From Nitrososphaerota archaeon (GTDB lineage Archaea > Thermoproteota > Nitrososphaeria > Nitrososphaerales > JACPRH01): 64,000 nucleotides of DNA. The stretch lies in NCBI GenBank assembly GCA_023379805.1, contig JAMCPI010000016.1:8514-72513 (forward strand). The letters are read 5' to 3'. Shown here piece after piece: positions 55,713 to 64,000 of the stretch. How positions within the stretch are numbered: the stretch's first letter is position 1; each line of letters starts with the position of its first letter. Below the pieces are notes generated by a model, which saw only the letters and a program-made list of their open reading frames with translations, did no database searches and had not been told where the DNA came from. The translations under genes and the position numbers were made by a program.

Positions 55713-55723
55713 GTATGTTGGGC

Positions 55724-56017
55724 TTAACGTATTATTGATATTGCAAAGGCGAGTAGAAGCAGCACCCATCCAACGATGAGGATAATCTTTATGATCTGTT
55801 TGCCTATTGAGACCAGTTCAAGGACTAAGTAGAACGCCGTCAGTGTGATGAGTAGTGTAATTGCATCTGAGTAGAGATTGGCGAGCTGAGGATCTGCTTT
55901 GAACACTGTTTCGTTGAGAATTGTTTGTAGAAACGTTCGAATTAGGTCATAGATTGTTCTTAGAAATGTCAGCAATAGTGTAAGTATGTCAGTTTGGGCT
56001 GTAAAAACTGGAAACAA
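55724..56017 (-). CDS. hypothetical small membrane protein
   Basis: 97 aa with 2-3 hydrophobic helices. Confidence 0.4.
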   Translation of the reverse strand: MFPVFTAQTDILTLLLTFLRTIYDLIRTFLQTILNETVFKADPQLANLYSDAITLLITLTAFYLVLELVSIGKQIIKIILIVGWVLLLLAFAISIIR

Positions 56018-56149
56018 CCCTACTCTACATTATATATGTTGGATGGTTGATTAAAACATTGTGGGTGAGCAGGTACCCTCATGAGATGATATCGATACCT
56101 ACTCAAGCAGTCTACCGACTAACCTTTGAACTGACTTCGCGTTGTTAGA

Positions 56150-56380
56150 CTAGAGTGAGTTAGGCCTGGATGCATATGCCCAGATTGAGACGGCTAGTAT
56201 AGTTATGAGGGAACTCGCCACTCCCGCTACTAACGCGCCGATTATCTGGTTGTTTACATTCATTAGGAACGGTAACGCGGTTACTGCTAGCTCGCTAAGT
56301 GTGGGATACGACAGGTATCCGATGAAGCCGAGCGCGAAACCGGCGAACCAGATGCCCATTAACGCCAAGTATCGACCCAT
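56150..56380 (-). CDS. hypothetical small membrane protein
   Basis: 76 aa with 2-3 hydrophobic helices. Confidence 0.4.
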   Translation of the reverse strand: MGRYLALMGIWFAGFALGFIGYLSYPTLSELAVTALPFLMNVNNQIIGALVAGVASSLITILAVSIWAYASRPNSL

Positions 56381-56528
56381 ATTGATCGAGAAATCACTCC
56401 TTCAATTTTCGATTTATCTAAGTTAAGCAAATTTGCTTTACAGCAAAGTGAACAAACATTGTCAGGATATCCCTTAAATAACTGTGTTAAATTTTAAAAG
56501 CGCAAAGGCGTGTTGGCGGTCATCTTAA

Positions 56529-57530
56529 GTGTCAGTCTCAAGAAAGAATGGTGTTGTTCCTTTGAGGGAGAGTCAAACTGAGTTGAAGGAGACTGAGCGA
56601 AGGTTCACTCGCGAGGTTCTTTCCACAGTAGTGCGAAAGGTGGATGAGGTTCAGGAGCTTCTTCCCACAAGGCTTCCGAATGGTGGTTTCATCTACAAAG
56701 AGATAGATGACTTGAATCTATGTGAGGACAGCCAAGTTTTGCTTAACCATATGTTTGAGCAAGGCTATCTTGAGAAGCGTCCCTCTGAAACTATGCTTGT
56801 TTGCCCCGTCTGTCATGAAGGAAATGTTGTTCCGATACTAAAATGCAAGTCCTGCGGCGCTCTGGCCATAAAGCGTGAACGTCTTATTGAGCACAAGGCT
56901 GGTGGGCATATCCATCCGGAGTCTTCGTTTAAGATTCAAGAGGACAAGATTGTCTGCCCTAGCTGTAGCAGATCGCTGAATTCAACTGAGTGGCGAACTC
57001 TTGGCGCTTGGTTCGTCTGCGCTGAATGCGGTGAACGGCAGGCGCAAATGGCTGCTGAGTTCAAATGCTTGAAGGACAATAATCTCTTCACACCTGTGCT
57101 GGGTGAATTCGTGATGCTTTACAAGTATACCGTGACTGAAAAGGCTAGATCGCTCCTAGGTTTTGATGAGACATCAATTGCTGAAGGTATTGTTAAGGTG
57201 CTTTCGAAGGAAGGTGCGGTTGATCGGAATTTTGCAATCAAGGGGAAAAGCGGTGTCGAGCATGTGTTTGACATCGCGGTTAAGACCAGTGGTAAACATC
57301 TTCTAATCGACGTCGCCTTCTCAAACCAGCCTATCGGAGATGCGGTCGTCCTTGCGAGTTTCGCTAAGACCTTCGAGGTTAAAGGTGAAGACTACCTGCT
57401 CATCATCTGGCCAGAACTCTCTAAATCCGCTCAGAACCTTGTCGATTTCTATAAAATTAACATTATTCAGGGAACAAACCTTGAGTCTATGACTAAAGAA
57501 TTGGAAAAATACGTCGAAGAGCACAAGTAA
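56529..57530 (+). CDS. double zinc-ribbon protein with a C-terminal alpha/beta domain (KaiC-associated output-domain-like)
   Basis: 333 aa. CPVCHEGNVVPILKCKSCG and CPSCSRS...(14 aa)...CAECG. The C-terminal part is IKGKSGVEHVFDIAVKTSGKHLLIDVAF.... It is followed closely by the KaiC-like gene. Confidence 0.6.
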   Translation: MSVSRKNGVVPLRESQTELKETERRFTREVLSTVVRKVDEVQELLPTRLPNGGFIYKEIDDLNLCEDSQVLLNHMFEQGYLEKRPSETMLVCPVCHEGNVVPILKCKSCGALAIKRERLIEHKAGGHIHPESSFKIQEDKIVCPSCSRSLNSTEWRTLGAWFVCAECGERQAQMAAEFKCLKDNNLFTPVLGEFVMLYKYTVTEKARSLLGFDETSIAEGIVKVLSKEGAVDRNFAIKGKSGVEHVFDIAVKTSGKHLLIDVAFSNQPIGDAVVLASFAKTFEVKGEDYLLIIWPELSKSAQNLVDFYKINIIQGTNLESMTKELEKYVEEHK

Positions 57531-57635
57531 GTGGAAAATCTGCGCATCAAACCTCTTTGACTTAACTGTCTACTGGGTGTAACACTGAGGTTATACAGCC
57601 GCTTCAACATGCACAATATTCACGCGTAAAAACAG

Positions 57636-58379
57636 GTGATGAAGGTGCCGAATGAGACTAAACAGGATTCTTCGCATGCGGGCCCAATGCTATTCACGGG
57701 TCTTGAAACGCTAGACCGTATGTTAGGGGGAATCCCTGAAGGTAGTGTCGTAGTGCTGTCAGGTAAACCTGGATCAGGCTTCGACATCTTTGCGCAGCAG
57801 GTGCTTTACAGCCGTGTAACCACCGATGGAGTAAAAGCGCTCTACTTTACGATTGAGCATCCCCCAGAGGATGTTGCTGCTGAAATGTTTTCGCGCAACT
57901 GGAACGTTGAGCAGCTCATGGAGAAAAAGAAATGGGAATTTTTTGACGCGTCCACAATTAGGTCCAATATTCGTAAAGGTGTAGCTAGCCCAAAAGTTCT
58001 GCTCAGCGCGCTCGACGTTTATCATAAGAAGCTTGAGCGGAACGTTTGGTCTGCAATGGACACCTTCTCATACTACCTTATGCATTATGATTTGCAGGAG
58101 GTTATGGGTTATGTGGATGACATTGTTTCAAAGGCGCGTGAAGTCGGTGGGCTACATTTACTTCTAACCGTGGAAGGAATGCTTGACACACAGACAATCA
58201 CCAGCTTAGCCTATCTGACAGATGGTCTATGGACATTCACGTTAGAGTCAGAGCGGGCCGAACCAGTGGGAACGATAAGAATCGAGAAGCTCAGAAGAGC
58301 TGATTACGTGCCTCGCATCATCTCTTACCGAATCTTCGATGAAGGATTATCTATCGAAACCTCCACTCGCATTTCATAG
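57636..58379 (+). CDS. KaiC/RecA-superfamily protein with a degenerate Walker A motif
   Basis: 247 aa. FTGLETLDRMLGGIPEGSVVVLSGKPGSGFDIFAQQ matches the KaiC-like N-terminus, but the P-loop reads GKPGSGFD instead of GxPGxGKT/S. The Walker-B-like stretch is VWSAMDTFS. Confidence 0.75.
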   Translation: MMKVPNETKQDSSHAGPMLFTGLETLDRMLGGIPEGSVVVLSGKPGSGFDIFAQQVLYSRVTTDGVKALYFTIEHPPEDVAAEMFSRNWNVEQLMEKKKWEFFDASTIRSNIRKGVASPKVLLSALDVYHKKLERNVWSAMDTFSYYLMHYDLQEVMGYVDDIVSKAREVGGLHLLLTVEGMLDTQTITSLAYLTDGLWTFTLESERAEPVGTIRIEKLRRADYVPRIISYRIFDEGLSIETSTRIS

Positions 58380-59171
58380 TTGGGCAAAAATTGGTGTGGA
58401 TACCATGGTGTATACGTTAGAAAAGTGGAGTTCTTTGACAGTGATTCTGGTTTGGTGAAAATTGTTTTTCTCGGAACCGGTGATGCTTTCAACACCAACG
58501 GTCGTCTCTTCACATCAGTGCTGGTGGTAAGCAGTTTCTTCAGAATCCTGCTGGACTGCGGGCCACACGTAATATATGCGCTTGAACGACTAGGATATCC
58601 CATCAACTCTGTTACGCACGTTCTTGTCACTCACCTACACGGGGATCACGCAGCAGGTCTCCCCTTCCTACAACTGAATATTACTCACAGGGATCGTGGC
58701 GAGATTACTGTAGTGGGACCGAGTGGCATAGAGGTTTTCATCAAAGAAACTTATTCGCGCTTCTTTAAGATGTCAGACGAGGCACCGTTTAAGTTTGGGC
58801 AACCCAGTGACGGGGATCTGCCGTTTAATCTCCACCACATCGAAGGTTCACACCCTGTCGTAGCCTATATCTACCGGCTTGAAGTTGATGGTAGATCGAT
58901 AGTTTACACCGGAGATACTGCTAAGGTTGATCTGTCCAAGTTTGCGCGAGGCGCAGATCTTCTGATACATGAAGCATCATCGCTTTCACCTAGAGCCGGA
59001 GAGTTCGGTCACTCAACACCCTTCGAAGCGGCTGAGACTGCTGCTTCTTCGAAAGTAGGACAGTTGGCTCTAGTTCATGCTCCAGACTTTCCCCTAGACA
59101 CAGAGAAATCGGTAAAATCGATCTTTCCAGAAACCCTGTTTCCGAAGGATTTTGACAGTATCGAGATATAA
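58380..59171 (+). CDS. metallo-beta-lactamase-fold hydrolase (RNase Z/ElaC-like size)
   Basis: VKIVFLGTGDAFN, VTHLHGDHAAG (HxHxDH), IEGSHP, YTGDT, LIHEAS. The true start is probably the GTG at 58455 (or the adjacent TTG at 58452) rather than the TTG at 58380. Confidence 0.75.
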   Translation: MGKNWCGYHGVYVRKVEFFDSDSGLVKIVFLGTGDAFNTNGRLFTSVLVVSSFFRILLDCGPHVIYALERLGYPINSVTHVLVTHLHGDHAAGLPFLQLNITHRDRGEITVVGPSGIEVFIKETYSRFFKMSDEAPFKFGQPSDGDLPFNLHHIEGSHPVVAYIYRLEVDGRSIVYTGDTAKVDLSKFARGADLLIHEASSLSPRAGEFGHSTPFEAAETAASSKVGQLALVHAPDFPLDTEKSVKSIFPETLFPKDFDSIEI

Positions 59172-59220
59172 TACAAGGAGATGCCTCTAAGATTAACATC
59201 TGTAATGTAAGGGTAGAGTT

Positions 59221-59457
59221 TTACCAGATTGTTTGAGGTTGTCTAGCTGTCCTTGTTCCGACTTCTATCCGTTTACGATCCTTCCCGATCCAGCGGACAG
59301 ATATTAGCCCGTGTATTTCAAGGTGCAGCATGACTTTGTTGAGATCGCGTTCGTTGATGTCTATACCTTTTTTCTTCAGTTCATTTAGGATATCTTCATC
59401 TGAGATGTTGCCTTTCGACTGCACGATCTCGTATACGGTGTTTTTCAGTGGGTGCAC
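59221..59457 (-). CDS. hypothetical small protein, possibly winged-helix
   Basis: 78 aa. ...DEDILNELKKKGIDINERDLNKVMLHLEIHGLISV... is helix-rich. No family recognised. Confidence 0.4.
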   Translation of the reverse strand: MHPLKNTVYEIVQSKGNISDEDILNELKKKGIDINERDLNKVMLHLEIHGLISVRWIGKDRKRIEVGTRTARQPQTIW

Positions 59458-59510
59458 GCATCCTCAGAAGTTTGATGTGGTATTTATTTATGATACCGAT
59501 AAAGCCTAGG

Positions 59511-60524
59511 CTACTTCAGGATGTTAAGCGTCTTATTCGTCATTCGTATCGATTCGTCGCGTGTATATCCGCCTGAAAGAGCTCGAATAGCATCTACGTT
59601 CTCAGGAATTACGATTGCTTCCTGTCCTACCCCCATGTAGAAGTAGAGCTCTCCGTCAATGATATTCACTGAATCCTTCCATATCGCCGCCTCGTACAGG
59701 TCGCTTCGCCACCTACCCATTTCTCGCGCGTAATCAAAGACTTGGCCGGTTGTCTTGAAGCCTTCTCCCTTAGAAACCGTGATTACCCGGGTTGTCCCGT
59801 TCAACACGTCAAGGACCTTTTCCTTCGTCGCGGTTGCATCCCTCAGGGTCACGATTAAAGTGTGAACATGCATGTGCGTAGTGGGTATCTTTAACGCTGC
59901 AGAGATCACCTTGATGTTAGGAAGAACTGTGTTAACATCTGGTCCATGATGCGAAGGGATCTTTGGATCAATAGAGACTGCGTCGATTATTCCCTTCTCA
60001 GGCTCATCCGGATCGGTGGCTCTCCGTGCAATTACGACTCGCGCCAGTTTAACGCCGAAGTTCATGTCCAGTGCGTTGAGAACTCTGCATAAGCCGGTTG
60101 TGTTGCATGAAACGACTCGCACAGAGTTTTTTCCTTCAGCCTTCTCGAAGTCGCATTGGGCTACGAAGGAGACGTCAGCGACCTCCGCATCCTCTCCACC
60201 TTGATAAATGACCTTGCGGCCTAGGCTTCGGTAAATCTCCTGATTAGCTGCTCCGGCGTCCCCAGGTGATGCGTCAACCACAATGTCAACCTCCTTCACA
60301 AGATCTCGAATTTCACCTGCCACTGGTAGCGATGCCTTTTCGAACAATTTGCGGCTTTCGCTGTCAAGTGCATAGATTGGGAAGCCTTTGGAGACAGCTA
60401 TTCTCGCCTTGTAATCCGGGTTCTTCTTGACAATGCCTACAAGCGTCATGTCCGGCTGGGCTGAAACGGCGTCGGCTACGCGTCGTCCAATGACACCGTA
60501 GCCCACTACTCCTATCCGGATCAT
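59511..60524 (-). CDS. gap: archaeal type II glyceraldehyde-3-phosphate dehydrogenase
   Basis: I start at the internal ATG at 60524 (MIRIGVVGYGVIGRRVADAV, Rossmann). It overlaps the pgk stop as ATGA. It has VVSCNTTGL (catalytic Cys) and IPSHHGPDV. The 36-codon N-terminal extension in the track lies inside pgk. Confidence 0.9.
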   Translation of the reverse strand: MIRIGVVGYGVIGRRVADAVSAQPDMTLVGIVKKNPDYKARIAVSKGFPIYALDSESRKLFEKASLPVAGEIRDLVKEVDIVVDASPGDAGAANQEIYRSLGRKVIYQGGEDAEVADVSFVAQCDFEKAEGKNSVRVVSCNTTGLCRVLNALDMNFGVKLARVVIARRATDPDEPEKGIIDAVSIDPKIPSHHGPDVNTVLPNIKVISAALKIPTTHMHVHTLIVTLRDATATKEKVLDVLNGTTRVITVSKGEGFKTTGQVFDYAREMGRWRSDLYEAAIWKDSVNIIDGELYFYMGVGQEAIVIPENVDAIRALSGGYTRDESIRMTNKTLNILK

Positions 60525-61732
60525 TGTGAGTTCCTTCTCGCAGCCCTGTCGAGCGCTTCGAAGAGTGGTAGCTTTTTGCCTGCTAGGAATAGAACTAGGG
60601 CTCCGCCTGCAGTGCTGACGTGGTCGATCCACTCGCGGACTCCGTATCGTTCAAGGGCCGCGGTGAGGTGTCCACCGCTGATAATGGTTGTACCAAGAGA
60701 GGACGCCATTGCTCTTAGAAGCTCTTCAGTGCCTTTTCCAAAGTCAGGATTCTCGAATGCGCCGGGTGGTCCACTCATGAAGACGGTTCCTGAACCGCGG
60801 ATGATGCGTGAGTAGCTATCGATTGTGCGGCTTCCGATGTCTAGAATTGTTTGACCTGGTTTAAGGTCTCTGACAGGTATTTCGAGTCTTGAACCGTTTT
60901 CCTGTATCGCGATATCGACTGGAAGCTCGAATACACCCGGGTAGTCCGCTAGTAGCTGCTTTGCCTTTTTCAGATACTTGTCTTCACTAGGGATACCAAG
61001 CGGATCTTTTATCTGATCTGATGCTTGGAGAAATATGTTGGCAATTAACCCTGTAAGCAGCACTTTGTCTGCTCGCTTATTCTCAATTAAGGTATCTATC
61101 GCTTCAAGACGGTCTGAAATCTTTGCGCCGCCAAGGACTGTAGTGTAGATTCCCTTTGCGATTGTAAGTATTCGGTTAAGCGCCTTTAACTCTTTAGCTA
61201 CTAGTCTTCCTCCGCAGGTTGGTAGAAGCTCTGCGAAACCTACGATTGAAGGAGAGGATCTGTGCGCCGTTGGGAAGGCGTCTAGGACGAATGCGTCGAA
61301 CTGCTTGTATAGTCTTTGAACCATTACAGTGTTTGCAGCATCCTTCGGGGTGAACTCTTGGTTCTCTTCGGCTGCGAGTCGGAGGTTATCTAGCAGAAGG
61401 ACTTCGCCTTCTGAGAGAGAGCCGATTGCTTCTCTTGCAGTTGGGCCGAAGATGTCTTCTACGAATCTAACCTTGTTTCCGAGGAGTTTGCTGAGTGCAG
61501 CGGCGTGCTGGTCAAGGCTGATGAAGTCGTTTCGACCAACTCTGCCTTGATGAGAGGCTACGACTACTTTGGATCGCCTAAGGTCTCTGATTGTGACGGA
61601 TGCCTCAGCTATTCGGTTGAGTTCCATTAGCTTCCCACTTTTCGGGTCTACAGGTGTGTTCATATCAACACGTAGAAGAATGGTTTTTCCTTCCGGCTCT
61701 ATGTCCTCGAGGGCGAGCATTTTTGTGGTCAT
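60521..61732 (-). CDS. pgk: phosphoglycerate kinase
   Basis: 403 aa. RVDMNTPV, VVASHQGRVG, LDNLRL, GGAKISDR, STAGGA. Confidence 0.9.
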   Translation of the reverse strand: MTTKMLALEDIEPEGKTILLRVDMNTPVDPKSGKLMELNRIAEASVTIRDLRRSKVVVASHQGRVGRNDFISLDQHAAALSKLLGNKVRFVEDIFGPTAREAIGSLSEGEVLLLDNLRLAAEENQEFTPKDAANTVMVQRLYKQFDAFVLDAFPTAHRSSPSIVGFAELLPTCGGRLVAKELKALNRILTIAKGIYTTVLGGAKISDRLEAIDTLIENKRADKVLLTGLIANIFLQASDQIKDPLGIPSEDKYLKKAKQLLADYPGVFELPVDIAIQENGSRLEIPVRDLKPGQTILDIGSRTIDSYSRIIRGSGTVFMSGPPGAFENPDFGKGTEELLRAMASSLGTTIISGGHLTAALERYGVREWIDHVSTAGGALVLFLAGKKLPLFEALDRAARRNSQ

Positions 61733-61945
61733 GGAAAATCACTCTATAGATCTGAGTTGCGGTATTCAGTTAGTTTAGGCGCCTTAAAGACTTTTTTAAT
61801 GTAATGTTCGTAGCTATCTAGCAACGATAATCAACCTATTAAGAGTGCGAGTTCGGGCTTAAAAATATGTCGCGACCCTTTACTGCAGAAATTCAATTCC
61901 GTAAAGTACTGAATTGGAGATGTTTATGTTTCTTTACTTGATAAT

Positions 61946-62137
61946 CTAGGTGACCGCGACCTTTCGGTTGATGTGTCGCGGCTTCACTGACTTGGGCTTT
62001 ATCGAGCAGACGTGTCTATCTCGATGTATGAAGCAGTAGGTTGCGGAGCAGTTTTTGCATCGGAAATAGTATCCGGTGCCTAGTCTCTGGCCGCACCATC
62101 CACATACAATTACCGCTGATTCTTGTCCATCGATCAA
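61946..62137 (-). CDS. AN1-like zinc-finger miniprotein
   Basis: 63 aa. CGWCGQRLGTGYYFRCKNCSATYCFIHRDRHVC has the spacing C-x2-C-x11-C-x2-C-x4-C-x2-H-x3-H-x-C. Confidence 0.5.
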   Translation of the reverse strand: MIDGQESAVIVCGWCGQRLGTGYYFRCKNCSATYCFIHRDRHVCSIKPKSVKPRHINRKVAVT

Positions 62138-62515
62138 CTTTATCTATCCGACTCTTCGAGATCGTCCCAGTTTAGCTGGTAATTGTTCGATTTTCGGAAT
62201 CCGTATAATATGTATTGAGTTAATCTTTGACTCTAACTAGATCAAATAAAGTTAACCCTCAGACGATTTGCCGTGGAAATTATAGTGGGTCTGGAGTGAC
62301 TATGGCCAGGTTGTTTTGGGTGTTAGGTTTGCTGAAGATACGAGTTTTTAGCTATCTTGTTCTTACAATGTAATGCTGGGTTGGGGGATTAGTTCAAAAT
62401 GGTTGACTGTACCTGTAAACAAGCCATAGCGTCAGCTAGGCTAGGCGATGAGGCATGAATTGGCGTTGAAGTATCTGCTGCAGTTCACTGGATAATAGGG
62501 ACTCTAGTTTCGAAG

Positions 62516-63481
62516 TTATAGTCGACCGCTTCGTTTTGTGAGGAACGCTTCGATTACTTCAGTCCAGGCTTTGGCGGTGTTCTCAGGGTTGTATCCACCG
62601 CCTCCCATCGCTAAGATGCGGCCTCGGCTGTATTGATGCGCGATTTGATGTAGTTGTTCAGCGGCGTAGCGATGAGCCTTTGGAGTGTATCGGAGGTGGG
62701 TGATTGGGTCGCCCTTCAAGCCATCTCCTCCGCACTGGAAGAGTATCAGGTCAGGTTTGCTGGTCGCTGTGAACTCCTCGACTTCTTTGAAGGCTTTTTC
62801 GAACTGTTCGTCACCTGACTCCGGAGGTAGGGGAATTGATAATTTGGTGCCTTCAGCGTTTCTTCCGCCGCGCTCCTCTCGACGGCCGGTGCCCGGGTAC
62901 AGGTAACGACCATCCTCATGAATATCTGCGATGAAGACCTTCGGATTGTCGTAGAAGGCGTAGAAGACGCCGTCACCGTGATGCGCATCTATATCGACAT
63001 AGAGGATACGGTTCAACCTGTACTTCTGTTTGGCTTTAACGATGGCGATTGCGGCATCGTTGAACACGCAGAAGCCTGCTGCTGAGCCGCTTCTAGCGTG
63101 GTGCAGTCCACCGATCGGGTTGAAGGCATGATCTGCTTTTCCGTTCATTACTAGGCTGAGTCCGAGGAGTGTTGAGCCGACTACACGGCTTGATGCTTCG
63201 AAGACACCTTTGAACGCAGGGGTGTCTCCTTGGTCGAGCAGGCCTACACCGGTTTCTGAGGCGCGTTGAACTAGTGTGATATAATGTTCTGTGTGAAAGA
63301 GGCGCAGGTCTTCATGAGATGCTTCGACAGGATCATATATCTTGACTCCTTCAGTGCCCGGTAGATTTCGGCGCTTCATTTCTGCCCAGAATGCGGTTGC
63401 TCTGTTGCTGGACATCGGGTGTCCTTCTGGGAATGCGTAGGTTGAGGATGTTTCGCCGTAGGTTACGGCTACGGAACACAA
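62516..63481 (-). CDS. histone deacetylase-family (AcuC/acetylpolyamine amidohydrolase-like) protein
   Basis: 321 aa. GGLHHA, VDIDAHHGDGV and QCGGDGLKGDP are classic arginase-fold deacetylase blocks. Confidence 0.85.
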   Translation of the reverse strand: MCSVAVTYGETSSTYAFPEGHPMSSNRATAFWAEMKRRNLPGTEGVKIYDPVEASHEDLRLFHTEHYITLVQRASETGVGLLDQGDTPAFKGVFEASSRVVGSTLLGLSLVMNGKADHAFNPIGGLHHARSGSAAGFCVFNDAAIAIVKAKQKYRLNRILYVDIDAHHGDGVFYAFYDNPKVFIADIHEDGRYLYPGTGRREERGGRNAEGTKLSIPLPPESGDEQFEKAFKEVEEFTATSKPDLILFQCGGDGLKGDPITHLRYTPKAHRYAAEQLHQIAHQYSRGRILAMGGGGYNPENTAKAWTEVIEAFLTKRSGRL

Positions 63482-63488
63482 GGGTTGT

Positions 63489-64000
63489 TTATCGCCTCAT
63501 TAGCGTTGAGGCTATATTTCTGGCCTTCCGAACGTCCTCTTCAGTGTTAATTTGGAAGAGTGAGTTTAGATCGGGGTCCAGCGGCTTTATCTCCTTCTCT
63601 ACGTCGATGAAGCGGATTGCGTTAAGCCAGTCAACGACGTCTTGAGGCGTGGCTGCGTCTTTGTTCGTTTCAAGGGCTCTGAGGAATGATTTTGTACGGT
63701 ACACTGCGAGAAGCGGGTTGACTGATCCATCGGGCCGCTTTGGAATTGCGGCATCGAAGCCTCTGGCGCCTTCGAAGAGCGCGAATATGACGTTGGGTTT
63801 GATGAAGGGTGTGTTGCCCATCATGACGAAGCAGAGTTCTGAGCGGCTTGCCTCCATGCCGATCTTCATTGATGAGAGAATGTTGCCGTTGTTGCTGTTC
63901 TCATCTACGATGATTTTGACGCCGAACGGCGCTATTGCCTCGACGATGCTGAGATCGGGTTCATGGTTGAAGACCACAAATATCTGGTCTACGACGGTCC
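63489..64000 (-). CDS. mobA: MobA-like molybdenum cofactor nucleotidyltransferase; 5' end outside the window
   Basis: The frame is open to the window edge (...VVDQIFVVFNHEPDL...). NGNILSSMKIG, CFVMMGNTPFI and the C-terminal LFQINTEEDVRKA resemble MobA. Confidence 0.6.
   Translation of the reverse strand, partial: TVVDQIFVVFNHEPDLSIVEAIAPFGVKIIVDENSNNGNILSSMKIGMEASRSELCFVMMGNTPFIKPNVIFALFEGARGFDAAIPKRPDGSVNPLLAVYRTKSFLRALETNKDAATPQDVVDWLNAIRFIDVEKEIKPLDPDLNSLFQINTEEDVRKARNIASTLMRR

Larger units (their letters stand above)
54181..55723. other. 1.5-kb ORF-free region with repeated modules and mirror-image strand composition
   Basis: No ORF of 60 aa or more in any frame in the track. The left part is C/A-rich on the + strand and the right part is G/T-rich. 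See the module repeats and findings. Confidence 0.7.

Noticed and set aside
60525-60632. 36-codon N-terminal extension of the GAPDH ORF
   Set aside because: The extension lies inside the pgk coding region and is Arg/Ser-rich. The internal ATG gives the canonical Rossmann N-terminus and an ATGA overlap with pgk.
1-64000. Search for tRNA, rRNA, CRISPR arrays and C/D-box sRNAs
   Set aside because: I saw no T-arm/anticodon-arm cloverleaf candidates, no rRNA-like conserved stretches, and no regularly spaced 25-40 nt direct repeats. The only intergenic TGATGA (54365) has no appropriately spaced CTGA partner. A computational scan (tRNAscan-SE, Infernal, a CRISPR finder) is still needed to confirm absence.

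Overview
This is an archaeal chromosomal window. Diagnostic genes are archaeosine tRNA-guanine transglycosylase, aSUI1, deoxyhypusine synthase, a PAC2 proteasome chaperone, ADH synthase plus DHQ synthase II, a GHMP-type shikimate kinase, type II GAPDH and KaiC-like proteins. The gene content looks TACK/Thermoproteota-like, but I cannot assign a lineage by eye. I recognised no rRNA, tRNA or CRISPR array. All coordinates beyond the ORF track were derived by hand.

The window falls into three parts.

(1) 1-35.7 kb is housekeeping DNA. It holds RNA-processing nucleases, tgtA, an Lsm protein, a GTPase, dys, transporters and cysS. A ten-gene co-directional aromatic amino-acid operon (13.6-23.8 kb) is headed by aspartate kinase and contains a chorismate mutase-aminotransferase fusion. 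Tandem moeA genes, SUI1, a CPBP protease, nrdJ, PadR and a Thr-rich matrixin-like protease follow.

(2) About 35.8-51 kb is a rearranged, visibly more AT-rich accessory region.
- A roughly 135-180 bp non-coding repeat with a conserved hairpin brackets a glycosyltransferase/phosphatase cassette.
- There are two PQQ-repeat beta-propeller surface proteins, and the second is 5'-truncated.
- The truncation point coincides exactly with one of two 25-bp perfect inverted repeats (GGTTCTGT...). These bound a 5.3-kb IS6-like transposon.
- The transposon's cargo is my best candidate for an undescribed system: an overlapping operon encoding a cytoplasmic S8 subtilase with an unknown N-terminal region and a PD-(D/E)xK nuclease-like protein. 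It also carries an RHH protein, the transposase and a membrane protein.
- A second, decayed IS6-like element with clean 14-bp TIRs and an 8-bp target duplication follows.

(3) 51-64 kb is mixed. It holds galT, an HTH-CBS regulator and an enigmatic 1.5-kb ORF-free region with two repeated modules ending in GATATC palindromes and a mirror-image strand composition. It also holds a Zn-ribbon / degenerate KaiC-like / MBL operon, the gap-pgk pair, an AN1-type zinc-finger miniprotein, an HDAC-family deacetylase and a partial mobA.
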